This document shows, one piece after another, positions 29,316 to 38,039 of a stretch of 64,000 bases of DNA (positions within the stretch are counted from its first letter, which is position 1; each line of letters opens with the position of its first letter). The notes beneath the pieces are model-generated. The model did not search any database and had not been told where the DNA came from. It worked only from the letters and a program-made list of their open reading frames with translations. Position numbers and translations under genes: made by a program. The stretch lies in IMG/VR virus record IMGVR_UViG_3300027759_000006, positions 1,165 to 65,164 of that record. One strand, 5' to 3'. The DNA is from a virus. Taxonomy: Duplodnaviria > Caudoviricetes.

Positions 29316-29487
29316 GCGTGTCCTTTGATTGGCGGTTTATAAGCACCCGGTACGCATCAATGGCAACCCGCAGGTCGTCTTGAAGCTGGGCAATTTGTTT
29401 GTCTTGGGCATCCATTTTTACCTGCGCGTCTTGCGCAAACCTTACAAGATTGGTTGGATGCCATGAGGCAAAGTCAACGCTGGGCAT
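29299..29487 (-). CDS. hypothetical protein (coiled coil)
   Basis: Overlaps both neighbours in the operon. Confidence 0.6.
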   Translation of the reverse strand: MPSVDFASWHPTNLVRFAQDAQVKMDAQDKQIAQLQDDLRVAIDAYRVLINRQSKDTHGHHP

Positions 29488-29656
29488 TGGTGAATCGCTT
29501 TCGTTTTTTAAAAAAGTATTTGATTACCTGGAGGCTAACACCGAACCGCTCGGCAATCTCCCGCATTGACACGCCTTGCTCGTGCAACACAAGTGTTCGG
29601 CGCTCATCAATAAGAGTAGGCTTGCGCCCACTCCCCGGTCTTGCGCCACCTTTCAT
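29474..29656 (-). CDS. small HTH protein with GGARPGSGRKP N-arm
   Basis: SMREIAERFGVS HTH; ATGA coupling. Confidence 0.7.
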   Translation of the reverse strand: MKGGARPGSGRKPTLIDERRTLVLHEQGVSMREIAERFGVSLQVIKYFFKKRKRFTNAQR

Positions 29657-29808
29657 GTGTTCTTCTCCTTGAGTTGTTGCATCAATTCTTTCTCTTGCGC
29701 TGTCCAGACAAACGCGTTTCCATATTTTTCATTCCAGTTTTCTGGCGGCGACAAATACCAATCCCACCATGATTGGCAGGGGCGAGGTGCTGGTTTTTCA
29801 TCAGTCAT
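29653..29808 (-). CDS. small hypothetical protein
   Basis: GGAGAAG RBS, ATGA overlaps at both ends. Confidence 0.55.
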   Translation of the reverse strand: MTDEKPAPRPCQSWWDWYLSPPENWNEKYGNAFVWTAQEKELMQQLKEKNT

Positions 29809-29972
29809 GTGTTCTTCTCCAATATGCTTTCCAAGCAAACGACAAAGCCTTCATATGTGCCCACAAACTGATGCGGGTCGCCTACTTCTTTGGCTCGTTC
29901 AATTTCTTTTTTGTAGTGACTGATTGAGGCCTCTATTTTTTGCTCAATGGTTTTTTGTGACCACGGTGTCAT
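29805..29972 (-). CDS. small hypothetical protein (55 aa, MTPWSQKTIEQ...)
   Basis: GAGGAG RBS, ATGA overlaps; translated by hand. Confidence 0.55.
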   Translation of the reverse strand: MTPWSQKTIEQKIEASISHYKKEIERAKEVGDPHQFVGTYEGFVVCLESILEKNT

Positions 29973-30502
29973 ATCTTCTCCTCAATGTCTTTAACCAAAA
30001 TGTCAAACCACTCATGCGTGGTCTTGCCTTTGCCCAGCCCATCCATCGGCTTGATGGCGGGGCGCAGTTCCTTGATGAGTTGCAGGATGCGTTCTTTATC
30101 GGTGCTTAAATACAACGCCCACACCTGCCCCAGCGGTGTAAACAAGGGAGAGTCTCTGTCTGTACTTACCACGCCATTAGATGGGTCATACCATGCTGTT
30201 GGTTTCCCGCCGTTGTTCTCGGGCATTGCTTCTGGCTCAAAGCCCTTGTACACACTCATCGGGTCGATGCGTTCTCCACCCCTGCTCCAGGCGCTGCCCA
30301 TGGTCGAAACATCTTGCAGCATGTCTTGGACCCTCTTCGGGTCATAGAACTGCTCCCACGCCACAGGCTCTTGCTCTGACTGTGCCAATCGTTCTTTGAG
30401 GGCGGCGACTAATGCGTGTCGGTCGATGTGCCCTACGCTGTCTCTGTCATCAGGAACATTTTCAATATAGTCAACTGCCTGCTCCAGTAATTTGTCCTTC
30501 AT
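29969..30502 (-). CDS. hypothetical protein (QEPVAW-type phage accessory protein)
   Basis: LKERLAQSEQEPVAW and KPTAWY motifs common in mosaic early phage proteins. Confidence 0.65.
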   Translation of the reverse strand: MKDKLLEQAVDYIENVPDDRDSVGHIDRHALVAALKERLAQSEQEPVAWEQFYDPKRVQDMLQDVSTMGSAWSRGGERIDPMSVYKGFEPEAMPENNGGKPTAWYDPSNGVVSTDRDSPLFTPLGQVWALYLSTDKERILQLIKELRPAIKPMDGLGKGKTTHEWFDILVKDIEEKI

Positions 30503-30626
30503 ATCCACCCCAATCCTTTGAAAGCGGCAACAAATAAATTGATTGAGCCGACAACAACTCCAAGCCGCATATCGCAGTGTGGCGCTATATAAATTGTGCC
30601 AACTAGCACCAGCATTTGTGTTTCAG

Positions 30627-30848
30627 TCATGCTTGTCCCCTTGCTCTGATGGCATCACGGTTGTCAATGCAAGCCGCCCATGCCGACTGCGTTGTTGGAC
30701 TTTGTTCAAGCCCCGCATACACATCAGCGTGTTTCTTGCAAACTTCAGCACACGCCTCACGCTCGGCCAAGACGGCTTCTTCAATCGCCATTTGAACTAC
30801 GCCCCACAGGTCTGATGCAAATTTTTTGGATGTAATTGGTTTGTTCAT
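30627..30848 (-). CDS. hypothetical protein (AEREACA...AIRARG family)
   Basis: Motif common in small early phage proteins; ATGA coupling. Confidence 0.7.
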   Translation of the reverse strand: MNKPITSKKFASDLWGVVQMAIEEAVLAEREACAEVCKKHADVYAGLEQSPTTQSAWAACIDNRDAIRARGQA

Positions 30849-31079
30849 AGCTTCACTCCTTCATACCAACCATCGACATACATCTCGTGAAAGGCCCAGG
30901 CCACGAGCCACGTCCAACTGAGCTTCTCATCGCGGGGAAAATTGATCTTTGCCATCATCAGGCACAGTTCTTTACTGGGTGGGGGCATCATTTCTTCCCC
31001 CAATTTGCAATGCAAGCGCCCAGCCAAACAGCTAGCCACCACAACGCCCAGAAATGGGACTCCAAAAATTCAATGGTGG

Positions 31080-31331
31080 TCATCGCTTCATCCCCCTGAT
31101 GTACGCTACAAAACTCTGCACCGTATCACGACCGAACGGCATGGTGAACTTTGTCTCCAACTCCACAGCCACCTCTTCAATGGTGTCGTTGCGGTGCAGG
31201 TGGACAAACTCTGCGGGGTGGCTATGCACATCCATGTGTGCAATTTGTTTCTTGCGCCAGCCGCTGGTGTGTTCCCAGCTACCTTGCTTTAAAGATAGCT
31301 GTTCAAATGCTTCGTCTTCCGGGTCTTTCAT
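31080..31331 (-). CDS. hypothetical protein
   Basis: GGAGGAG RBS, ATGA coupling, RNDTIEEVA motif. Confidence 0.65.
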   Translation of the reverse strand: MKDPEDEAFEQLSLKQGSWEHTSGWRKKQIAHMDVHSHPAEFVHLHRNDTIEEVAVELETKFTMPFGRDTVQSFVAYIRGMKR

Positions 31332-31693
31332 GCTCTCTCCTCCAATGCAATAGCGTGTGGGAAAAATGGGTTGGCAATGACGGCCTCCAGCTTCTTTGCG
31401 TTGTGCAGTTTCTGCAAGCGTGTTTCCAAAAACTCAGCCTTGTAAAAGTCACCCTTCATCAAGTCCTCAACCCACATGGATACCGACAAGTCAACGCACC
31501 ACTTGCCATAAGCAAAGCCGTTCCTGCTCTTGTCCACGCTACCAATGCCACGGGATTCCCAATCGTGCAACTCCCGCAACGCATCCTCTGTGAACGCAAG
31601 GCCAGCCACCGCTTGGCCCCTGGCAACTCGCCTGTACTGCGCCGCTCTCAACGCATACTTTTTCGATATGCCCTTCAATTTAAACAGCTTCAT
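31328..31693 (-). CDS. hypothetical protein
   Basis: AAGGAGAG RBS, ATGA coupling. Confidence 0.6.
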   Translation of the reverse strand: MKLFKLKGISKKYALRAAQYRRVARGQAVAGLAFTEDALRELHDWESRGIGSVDKSRNGFAYGKWCVDLSVSMWVEDLMKGDFYKAEFLETRLQKLHNAKKLEAVIANPFFPHAIALEERA

Positions 31694-31851
31694 GTTCTCT
31701 CCTTGATTTTTTGAAACACTTCGTCCAATGTTGGGAACCAAGCCGACCATCGGTTATAGGACGTGCCCATCACATGCCACCAGACACTCTCTGGTATGCC
31801 CTGGTAAAACAGAAAATAACCATCCCCGCTTGGTTGAATCTTCCAAATCAT
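31690..31851 (-). CDS. small hypothetical protein (53 aa)
   Basis: Bounded by two junction repeats; translated by hand. Confidence 0.55.
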   Translation of the reverse strand: MIWKIQPSGDGYFLFYQGIPESVWWHVMGTSYNRWSAWFPTLDEVFQKIKERT

Positions 31852-32051
31852 GTTCTCTCCTGTGTGATCTTTGGTTTCCTACGCAGAACATACAGCCAAT
31901 ACTTGAATGACTTGTGCCCCGCCCTCCACGCACCGATGTTGAGTCGGATGGCATACAAGAACACGCCCCACTTGTACGCCCGTGCAAGTTCTTTTTGCAT
32001 TGAATCCCAGTCAGCGTAGTGGCCATTGCTGTATGTGATTCGGTATCTCAT
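31848..32051 (-). CDS. small hypothetical protein
   Basis: Bounded by two junction repeats. Confidence 0.6.
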   Translation of the reverse strand: MRYRITYSNGHYADWDSMQKELARAYKWGVFLYAIRLNIGAWRAGHKSFKYWLYVLRRKPKITQERT

Positions 32052-32209
32052 GTTCTCTCCCATTTGCCGCTTAAATATTGATACGCAGGTTTAGGTGCGG
32101 CACCTACAACCGTAACCATCCACATCAGCTTTTGCGTATCAAAAAACAATATGCCGCCTGATCTTCTTATGCGGCTGTTGGTCTCCGCAAGTTTTTCATC
32201 AATGTTCAT
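32048..32209 (-). CDS. small hypothetical protein (53 aa)
   Basis: Bounded by two junction repeats; translated by hand. Confidence 0.55.
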   Translation of the reverse strand: MNIDEKLAETNSRIRRSGGILFFDTQKLMWMVTVVGAAPKPAYQYLSGKWERT

Positions 32210-32394
32210 GTTCTCTCCTGTGGTGTAGCGTGTACCACTGCTTCAAGGTACTTCCATTCAGTAGGTGTCATTGGTCGTCCATGCTCCTGTTTGAATTGAT
32301 GTAGATAACTGCCCAGCCGAATTGAACGATCAAACAATTCACCTACGTCAGCACATCCAGTTGCTTTTATCAGGGCTTCAATTTTTGGGCTCAT
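32206..32394 (-). CDS. small hypothetical protein
   Basis: Bounded by two junction repeats. Confidence 0.6.
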   Translation of the reverse strand: MSPKIEALIKATGCADVGELFDRSIRLGSYLHQFKQEHGRPMTPTEWKYLEAVVHATPQERT

Positions 32395-32609
32395 GCTCTC
32401 TCCTTGAATGGGTCAGTTGTAAATTCAGTGTTTCCTGTTGCAACCCAATAGCCTTCTCTGTAACCCTCGTAGTGAGCAAGCCACTTGCCATTTAATGCCT
32501 CTTCGCTCATGGGTTCAACTTGTTTTTTATCCATAGCTTCGATGTAAGCAAGTTTTCGGTTAGTCGCATACTTTGCGGCATCTTTATGTAATAGTTCATC
32601 GGGCGTCAT
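32391..32609 (-). CDS. small hypothetical protein
   Basis: ATGA coupling; MTPDELLH start. Confidence 0.55.
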   Translation of the reverse strand: MTPDELLHKDAAKYATNRKLAYIEAMDKKQVEPMSEEALNGKWLAHYEGYREGYWVATGNTEFTTDPFKERA

Positions 32610-32706
32610 GTTTTCTTGTCCTTTACCCACGCTGAAATAAAACCGTACAAAAATGCCACTGATGCGGGAATCAAAACCCCACAAGCCATACCAAGAAAAA
32701 AGTCCG

Positions 32707-32940
32707 TCATGCTCTCTCCTTCATCCGTTTAATCCGTGCCAATCGTTTCTCATACGCCGTTACATACACGACATACTCCATGTATGAATACACCCCATCC
32801 CAGTAGGTTCCCTTTGCCATTGCTGGTGCGTCCATAACGCCGTTGTCGGCATCCTGTCTGGCCTTGGCTTCAATGACCCTCATCCGCGCATCCCCTACAA
32901 CTTCCTTGCAAGTGTCAATGTCAAAACTCTTGGGGGTCAT
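32707..32940 (-). CDS. small hypothetical protein
   Basis: AAGGAG RBS, ATGA coupling. Confidence 0.6.
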   Translation of the reverse strand: MTPKSFDIDTCKEVVGDARMRVIEAKARQDADNGVMDAPAMAKGTYWDGVYSYMEYVVYVTAYEKRLARIKRMKERA

Positions 32941-33218
32941 AGCTTCTCCTTCAAATAAAACTCCATTGCAATGCGGTATGGGTTAAGCAATGGAAGCAAG
33001 CGATTGGGTTGGTGTTTTGGGTCATCAGAGTAGTAATAGTATTTTGGCTTGCTCTCATCTACGCTGGTAACAACTGTCCCATCAACAACGTGGTGATACC
33101 TTGTTTCTTCAACTCGAATGGCGTAGCCCTCTGCCCTTGCCACCGCCAGCTTCAACTCAAGGCTACCAATGGGAACCCAGTTCTTGATGGTGTCGTATTT
33201 CCCGATCAGATTATTCAT
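32937..33218 (-). CDS. hypothetical protein
   Basis: ATGA coupling; LKLAVARAEG. Confidence 0.55.
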   Translation of the reverse strand: MNNLIGKYDTIKNWVPIGSLELKLAVARAEGYAIRVEETRYHHVVDGTVVTSVDESKPKYYYYSDDPKHQPNRLLPLLNPYRIAMEFYLKEKL

Positions 33219-33409
33219 GTTTCCCCCGCTTTCACCGCTTTCAGTTTTGAGTCTGCATCCTTGTCTGACAAATACCTCTCGCTCCTTGTCCATGCAAGGT
33301 GGGCATAAATCACTGACCAAGGCAAGAACTTACCGCAGCCACAGCACCACACCCATTGCTTGTCTTTGCCCAAACGCCACAGTGAGCAGTCCTCAAGTAA
33401 CCAAATCAT
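33215..33409 (-). CDS. small hypothetical protein
   Basis: GGAGG RBS; fills the operon. Confidence 0.5.
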   Translation of the reverse strand: MIWLLEDCSLWRLGKDKQWVWCCGCGKFLPWSVIYAHLAWTRSERYLSDKDADSKLKAVKAGET

Positions 33410-33527
33410 CTGTCCCTCCGCTCGTTCTCATCCATCCAGAACCACAAGCGCATCAGTGCTACCAGCACAAGGCCAGCAACCACCACACCTATGAACCCCA
33501 ACAGAATTGTTGTAAAAATAGTCTCCA

Positions 33528-33731
33528 TCACTCCTCCCCGCATTCGTTTAAAGCCGTGTTGGTCAGTTCCCTAACTTTCTCCAGGACATCCCTGGGGTCC
33601 GCGTCATGTTTAAAGTGACTGCGGACCGCCATCTGAATGTCAATCAGTGCGCTGATAGCGCGGCTACCGTTAAGGGCATGCCGCAACTTGTCCTGATCTT
33701 CGGGGTATGTGAATTCCAATATGGCTTTCAT
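33528..33731 (-). CDS. hypothetical protein (MKAILEF...)
   Basis: Start motif common in small phage proteins. Confidence 0.65.
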   Translation of the reverse strand: MKAILEFTYPEDQDKLRHALNGSRAISALIDIQMAVRSHFKHDADPRDVLEKVRELTNTALNECGEE

Positions 33732-33732
33732 G

Positions 33733-34227
33733 TCACCCACCAAAAATCTGCTTGAGTTCATCGTACAAAGCCCGTGCATCTTTGATGTTCATGGTAGCTA
33801 GCAGATCGGTTTGCTTAGGCACTGGGGCTACCGCTTGCGGCGCATCTTGCTTGGACGTTTTGGAAACTTTCTTGGCTCGGGGCATCTTTATATGCCGCTT
33901 CAACGGCACATACTCCTTGACCACTGTAAAGAGTTTGCGGTCTGCCTCTCGCTTGATTTGTCCGTGAGCGACCAACTGAGAAAGGATGGACGAGATTGAC
34001 CCCGCGTTAAACCCTTGCGCCACAAGCGCTTTGGTTGCGTCCACAGCGGTGGTACCTGGGTTGGCGTGAATGTAGTCGAACGTGGCGCGGGTCACGTTGT
34101 TGGTCGGCGCAAATTTAATGAGATGTGCGTGTTTGGTTGATTGAAGTGTGTTCACGGGTTTGGCTTTCGATTGAGGTTGATTCCAACTGTTTAATACGTT
34201 TGTGAGTGCTGTTTGCATATCAGGCAT
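33733..34227 (-). CDS. winged-HTH protein
   Basis: FDYIHANPG...ISSILSQLV.HGQIKR; GGAG RBS abuts a palindrome copy. Confidence 0.7.
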   Translation of the reverse strand: MPDMQTALTNVLNSWNQPQSKAKPVNTLQSTKHAHLIKFAPTNNVTRATFDYIHANPGTTAVDATKALVAQGFNAGSISSILSQLVAHGQIKREADRKLFTVVKEYVPLKRHIKMPRAKKVSKTSKQDAPQAVAPVPKQTDLLATMNIKDARALYDELKQIFGG

Positions 34228-34256
34228 GTTGTGCTCCGTCTAATATTAGATGGGGG

Positions 34257-34439
34257 TTAGAACAAGCGCATCTGCGCGGGATTGTTGTCGTCCTTGGGCA
34301 GTCGCTTGCCAAGCGCATGTTCAAGTTCCTCGATGTCTCTCAAGCGCATCTCAAGACGTTCAGCGAGGACTTTGGTAAGCCCCGTCATGCCGTCAACATG
34401 GCGTAAGAGTTCTTGGTCGGTCAGGTTGTCGTATGTCAT
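34257..34439 (-). CDS. small hypothetical protein
   Basis: MTYDNLTDQELLR... coiled coil. Confidence 0.6.
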   Translation of the reverse strand: MTYDNLTDQELLRHVDGMTGLTKVLAERLEMRLRDIEELEHALGKRLPKDDNNPAQMRLF

Positions 34440-34440
34440 T

Positions 34441-34773
34441 TCATTCCAGTTCAATAAACTCGGTGAGTGCGCCGGATGCAGTGGTGCGAAACCAGCAAAT
34501 AAAATCTGGCGGAGGTTCCTTGACTCGCTTCGCCGACCCGTTGATCTTCGCCACAGCGAGAATTGGCGCAAGCCACGCTGGGCGCTCGTGATAGTGGCCT
34601 CTGGTCGTAGTCTCCCGACCGTCATGCCAGCACTTGAGGAGAAACCCCCCATCGCGTTCTTCGTATCTGTACTCTCGTTCATCATCTTTCATCGTGTCCT
34701 TTCTTCTATGACACCAGTTGTCAATTTGCCTGCCTGCATCAAGCATTTCCCAATACTTGACCCGAATCTTCAT
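34441..34773 (-). CDS. hypothetical protein
   Basis: Fills the operon; start uncertain. Confidence 0.55.
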   Translation of the reverse strand: MKIRVKYWEMLDAGRQIDNWCHRRKDTMKDDEREYRYEERDGGFLLKCWHDGRETTTRGHYHERPAWLAPILAVAKINGSAKRVKEPPPDFICWFRTTASGALTEFIELE

Positions 34774-35665
34774 CGTCCCTACCATCGTCTACTCCCCAAT
34801 CAAAGGCACCCAGGATTTCATCGACCTTCTGCTTGACCAAGATGCGGGTGCCATCTTCTTCACGCAACTCTTTAGGCGTTACCCCGGACAATACCTCCTC
34901 TAACTTACGCCGAGCTTTCTCAAGCGCAGGGTCTTTGGTTATGTTCATCTGGGTCAACAACTCGCACAACTCAACCGCACCAGTCACCATCGTGTCGTGG
35001 AACTTGCGCTTCTTGCCATCCTCCTCAACCACCAAGCGGTCACTCAGGCGGTGCAACGCATCGTGCAGTCGGCTCCACGAATCCTGGGCGGCGGCTTGCA
35101 ACTGAACCTCCAGGCGCTTCTCGTACTGGCGTATGAGGTCACGCTGTACTTCGTTCTCAACATCTAAGCGAAAGTCACCAGAGGTAGGCAATGGTGTGTA
35201 TGACACATCCATGCGGAACTTGCGGGCTACCTGCACACGGCTTGGGTACTCGTCGCGGTTGAACAGTGAGCCCAACTGGAACGCGGCGGCGGCAACCAGC
35301 AGGTCGTACTTGTTGAGGAACACATCTACCAAGCGATCAAACTCCACACGATAGTGGTCGATCGTCTTGCTGTAGTCCTGCAACAGTGCGGTGGGCAACA
35401 GTCGCGCACCATAGTCATTCCAAGGTTGGGTCAAGCGGTAGTGCTCAGTGCGGGCCCGTGCTTGGAACTTGGTGATCTCGTCCAACTCTTTGCACTCGGC
35501 AAACAGGTTCTTGTACACAGAGGCGGCGCGTTTAGACCCCGACCCCTTGGAGGTGGTCACCTCGTCTTGTGTGCGCTTGTCCTGCTTCTTGCCCGAGTAG
35601 ATCGAGATTTGCAGGTCAACCAACATTGCGGCGCGTGCCACGCCAGCCATTACGTTATCAGTCAT
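34739..35665 (-). CDS. conserved helical protein (DUF3150-like) associated with the AAA/vWA pair
   Basis: LVDLQIS.YSG.K.D, T.PWND.GARLLP, FNRDEYP; AAGGAG RBS. Confidence 0.7.
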   Translation of the reverse strand: MTDNVMAGVARAAMLVDLQISIYSGKKQDKRTQDEVTTSKGSGSKRAASVYKNLFAECKELDEITKFQARARTEHYRLTQPWNDYGARLLPTALLQDYSKTIDHYRVEFDRLVDVFLNKYDLLVAAAAFQLGSLFNRDEYPSRVQVARKFRMDVSYTPLPTSGDFRLDVENEVQRDLIRQYEKRLEVQLQAAAQDSWSRLHDALHRLSDRLVVEEDGKKRKFHDTMVTGAVELCELLTQMNITKDPALEKARRKLEEVLSGVTPKELREEDGTRILVKQKVDEILGAFDWGVDDGRDDEDSGQVLGNA

Positions 35666-35918
35666 TTTTAACTCCTTGTGCAGTGATGAATTTAATTGCG
35701 CCGTAGGTGGTCTCGTCCAACACATTTGCGCGGATGGCAGTGGAGGGCAAGGTGCCAATGTGGTGGATGTACTCCATGCTATACCCGTGGGTTCCGGTGC
35801 CTTTGTCTACTCTGTGGTCAATCAGCATTTCGGCTCCCGCAAGGGCATTCATAAACACCTCCAACTGCGCCTCGTTCAAGATGATTTGATGGTCTTCAAA
35901 CTTAATTACAAACTTCAT
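35658..35918 (-). CDS. hypothetical protein
   Basis: GGAG RBS, overlaps neighbours. Confidence 0.6.
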   Translation of the reverse strand: MKFVIKFEDHQIILNEAQLEVFMNALAGAEMLIDHRVDKGTGTHGYSMEYIHHIGTLPSTAIRANVLDETTYGAIKFITAQGVKND

Positions 35919-36528
35919 CGTCGTTCTCCAGGTTAAAAGTTACTTCGTTGCACTCACATGACTCAAGGAATGATTCCTCACTCGTCAAGTGCTCGTACTC
36001 GTCTTGCAGTTGCTTGAACAACTTGTTGTTCTTTGATTCAATAAACCATCTAATATTAGATTCCCGGTTTGATGCGTCATCTTGCTGTACAACCAACTCA
36101 TGCCATGCGTCCTCGTCAAGATGTTGGAATATCCCAGTTGGCTGAGTCTGGTCAAACGCCGCCTCAAAACTGAGGCTTGCGTTGCCCCTGTGAGTTGAAC
36201 TCACAAATACTGTTGACCTGTCTTGTTCAGCGGCCAAATACAGCGCAGGGAATGCCTCGGCATAGGTCTGCCCATCGTCATAGATCTCAGTTGCCATCCA
36301 CTTGTGAACATTGATCTTGCCGTCAAAGCAAGCGTAACTACCCTGCGAATAGAACCCGTTGAACGCTATCCTGTCCACCTGGACGCCATGTGCCGCCATC
36401 TCATCGGTAAACTCTTGTTCTATAGTTTCATACCATTCATCCCACAGGCAATGCTCTTGCCACCTGTATAACTCTCGCTCGAACCGCTTGGGGTCGAGTT
36501 CTTTAAGTTGTTGTGCAGTTAATTCCAT
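35902..36528 (-). CDS. acidic hypothetical protein (F.GFYSQG..ACF motif)
   Basis: D/E-rich; LQDEYEHLTSEE; AAAGG RBS. Confidence 0.7.
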   Translation of the reverse strand: MELTAQQLKELDPKRFERELYRWQEHCLWDEWYETIEQEFTDEMAAHGVQVDRIAFNGFYSQGSYACFDGKINVHKWMATEIYDDGQTYAEAFPALYLAAEQDRSTVFVSSTHRGNASLSFEAAFDQTQPTGIFQHLDEDAWHELVVQQDDASNRESNIRWFIESKNNKLFKQLQDEYEHLTSEESFLESCECNEVTFNLENDDEVCN

Positions 36529-36538
36529 GATGTGCCTT

Positions 36539-36934
36539 TCATATATCAATCCGAACTATTGTTTCCACTTGAAGCAACCCAAGGGCGTGGGAAGACGCGT
36601 GTGTCTCTATGTCATCGTGGTTTTCTCCGACACGAGCAAACTCAAACTCAAACCCACAGCGTTCAACTTCTTGTAGAAGAAACGTCTCAAACGCCTCTAT
36701 GTCTTTGTCGTGGTCGTACCACTTGATATCATCAACTTTGAATACGAGCAATCCATCTTTGTCGTACCACTTTAGATGATTACCCCACATCTCTGTGATG
36801 TCTTTGAATGTCGTGTTCATCAAAGTCTTGAGTAGGGGGTATTTATTTTCCTTGTCGAGCGCGTAGAAGCTGTCTACGCCAAATGGTTTGTGTGTCGAAT
36901 AGACGATCGCCGTTACATCTGATCTGTATCCCAT
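36539..36934 (-). CDS. hypothetical protein (MGYRSDV...KWY...RVGE..DDIE)
   Basis: AGGAG RBS; motif pattern seen in early phage proteins. Confidence 0.7.
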   Translation of the reverse strand: MGYRSDVTAIVYSTHKPFGVDSFYALDKENKYPLLKTLMNTTFKDITEMWGNHLKWYDKDGLLVFKVDDIKWYDHDKDIEAFETFLLQEVERCGFEFEFARVGENHDDIETHASSHALGLLQVETIVRIDI

Positions 36935-36935
36935 G

Positions 36936-37214
36936 TCATTCTCCTGTGGCAATCAATAGCCTGAGCATGTTGATTGCATCTTCTTTGGTGTTGAACTCCC
37001 CCAGAAATTCACGCCTTACGCGCCATGCGTTCGGGTCATTGGTTCTGCGGTCAACGATGTATGTGGTCTGGTCTTTATCCGGGTATTGGTGAAACGATAC
37101 GCGGTACCCTACCCTGGATGCGGCGGAAATTACCTCCGCGCCCTCATGGCCAAATTTCATGTACAGCCATACGCTGTCCCTGCCCGTGGTGGTTATAGTC
37201 CAGGACGTACTCAT
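36936..37214 (-). CDS. hypothetical protein
   Basis: ATGA coupling; F.TKEDAI..L end similar to 37497-37721. Confidence 0.6.
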   Translation of the reverse strand: MSTSWTITTTGRDSVWLYMKFGHEGAEVISAASRVGYRVSFHQYPDKDQTTYIVDRRTNDPNAWRVRREFLGEFNTKEDAINMLRLLIATGE

Positions 37215-37486
37215 TCCCCGACCTCCCCTGGCGGTATGTGCGTCATGTGAAGCATGGCCGTCATAAACGATGGGGGAAATACATTCTCCTCAATGTATAT
37301 TTTTTCGGATGAAGGGTCGCGGTTCATGTTGCCAATACGCACAAACCAAGCAGCGTTTTTAGCGCGTTTGGCATACGCTACAAGGATTGGTTCCAGTCCC
37401 TTTTCTCTGCGCTGGAACATCGCCCAGCATGGTTCGCTGTGTGTACCCATTTCAAACCGCCAAAATAAAGTACCGCTAGTACTCAT
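37211..37486 (-). CDS. hypothetical protein
   Basis: GAGGAG RBS. Confidence 0.6.
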   Translation of the reverse strand: MSTSGTLFWRFEMGTHSEPCWAMFQRREKGLEPILVAYAKRAKNAAWFVRIGNMNRDPSSEKIYIEENVFPPSFMTAMLHMTHIPPGEVGE

Positions 37487-37496
37487 GGTGTTCTCC

Positions 37497-37721
37497 TCAA
37501 TTTCCTGCGCCTACGAGCAGGGTTAAAAATGATATTGCTTCCTCTTTTGAATCAAAGTCCGCGCGTATTCCTTGTGAGGTACGCGCCACCCAGTTGCCAT
37601 CGACACACAACACCCACCCGGCGGGTAAATACTCGGGGGGCTTAGCCGGGGCGATATAGGCATAGCAGATGCGGTCTTTCGACTCGTGGTCGTAGGTAGT
37701 CACCCAATACACACCGCTCAC
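37497..37721 (-). CDS. hypothetical protein
   Basis: GTGA coupling; FDSKEEAI..L. Confidence 0.55.
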   Translation of the reverse strand: MSGVYWVTTYDHESKDRICYAYIAPAKPPEYLPAGWVLCVDGNWVARTSQGIRADFDSKEEAISFLTLLVGAGN

Positions 37722-38038
37722 TCGGAGCCGCCCTCTCTGCCATTCATAAGCACCAGCACAGTGGATAGGGCGTCTACCAAGGCCTCGTCCTCCCTAATCA
37801 GGTATACGCAGTGCTCGTGTTCATCCGGCCCGTTGGGGTTGTACTTAAATCTTCGGAACTCGATGTATTGCCCATTCAGCGCTTCGTGTATTGAGAATGT
37901 GCGGACAGGGACTTGGTTTTCCCCCATGGAGGGACTAGCAGAATTAAGCATCGCCCCTGCTTCTTTTTGTTTTGCTTCCCGCACTCTGTCCCATGAGGCT
38001 TGAAGCACTGAGTCGATCATTCGTGTAAATAGTCCCAT
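37718..38038 (-). CDS. hypothetical protein
   Basis: GGAG RBS directly after the vWA gene. Confidence 0.65.
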   Translation of the reverse strand: MGLFTRMIDSVLQASWDRVREAKQKEAGAMLNSASPSMGENQVPVRTFSIHEALNGQYIEFRRFKYNPNGPDEHEHCVYLIREDEALVDALSTVLVLMNGREGGSE

Positions 38039-38039
38039 G

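Larger units (their letters stand above)
31328..32719 (-). repeat. 7 dispersed copies of the 13-bp junction GGAGAGA(A/G)CATGA
   Basis: + strand TCATG(T/C)TCTCTCC at 31328, 31690, 31848, 32048, 32206, 32391, 32707. Confidence 0.9.
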
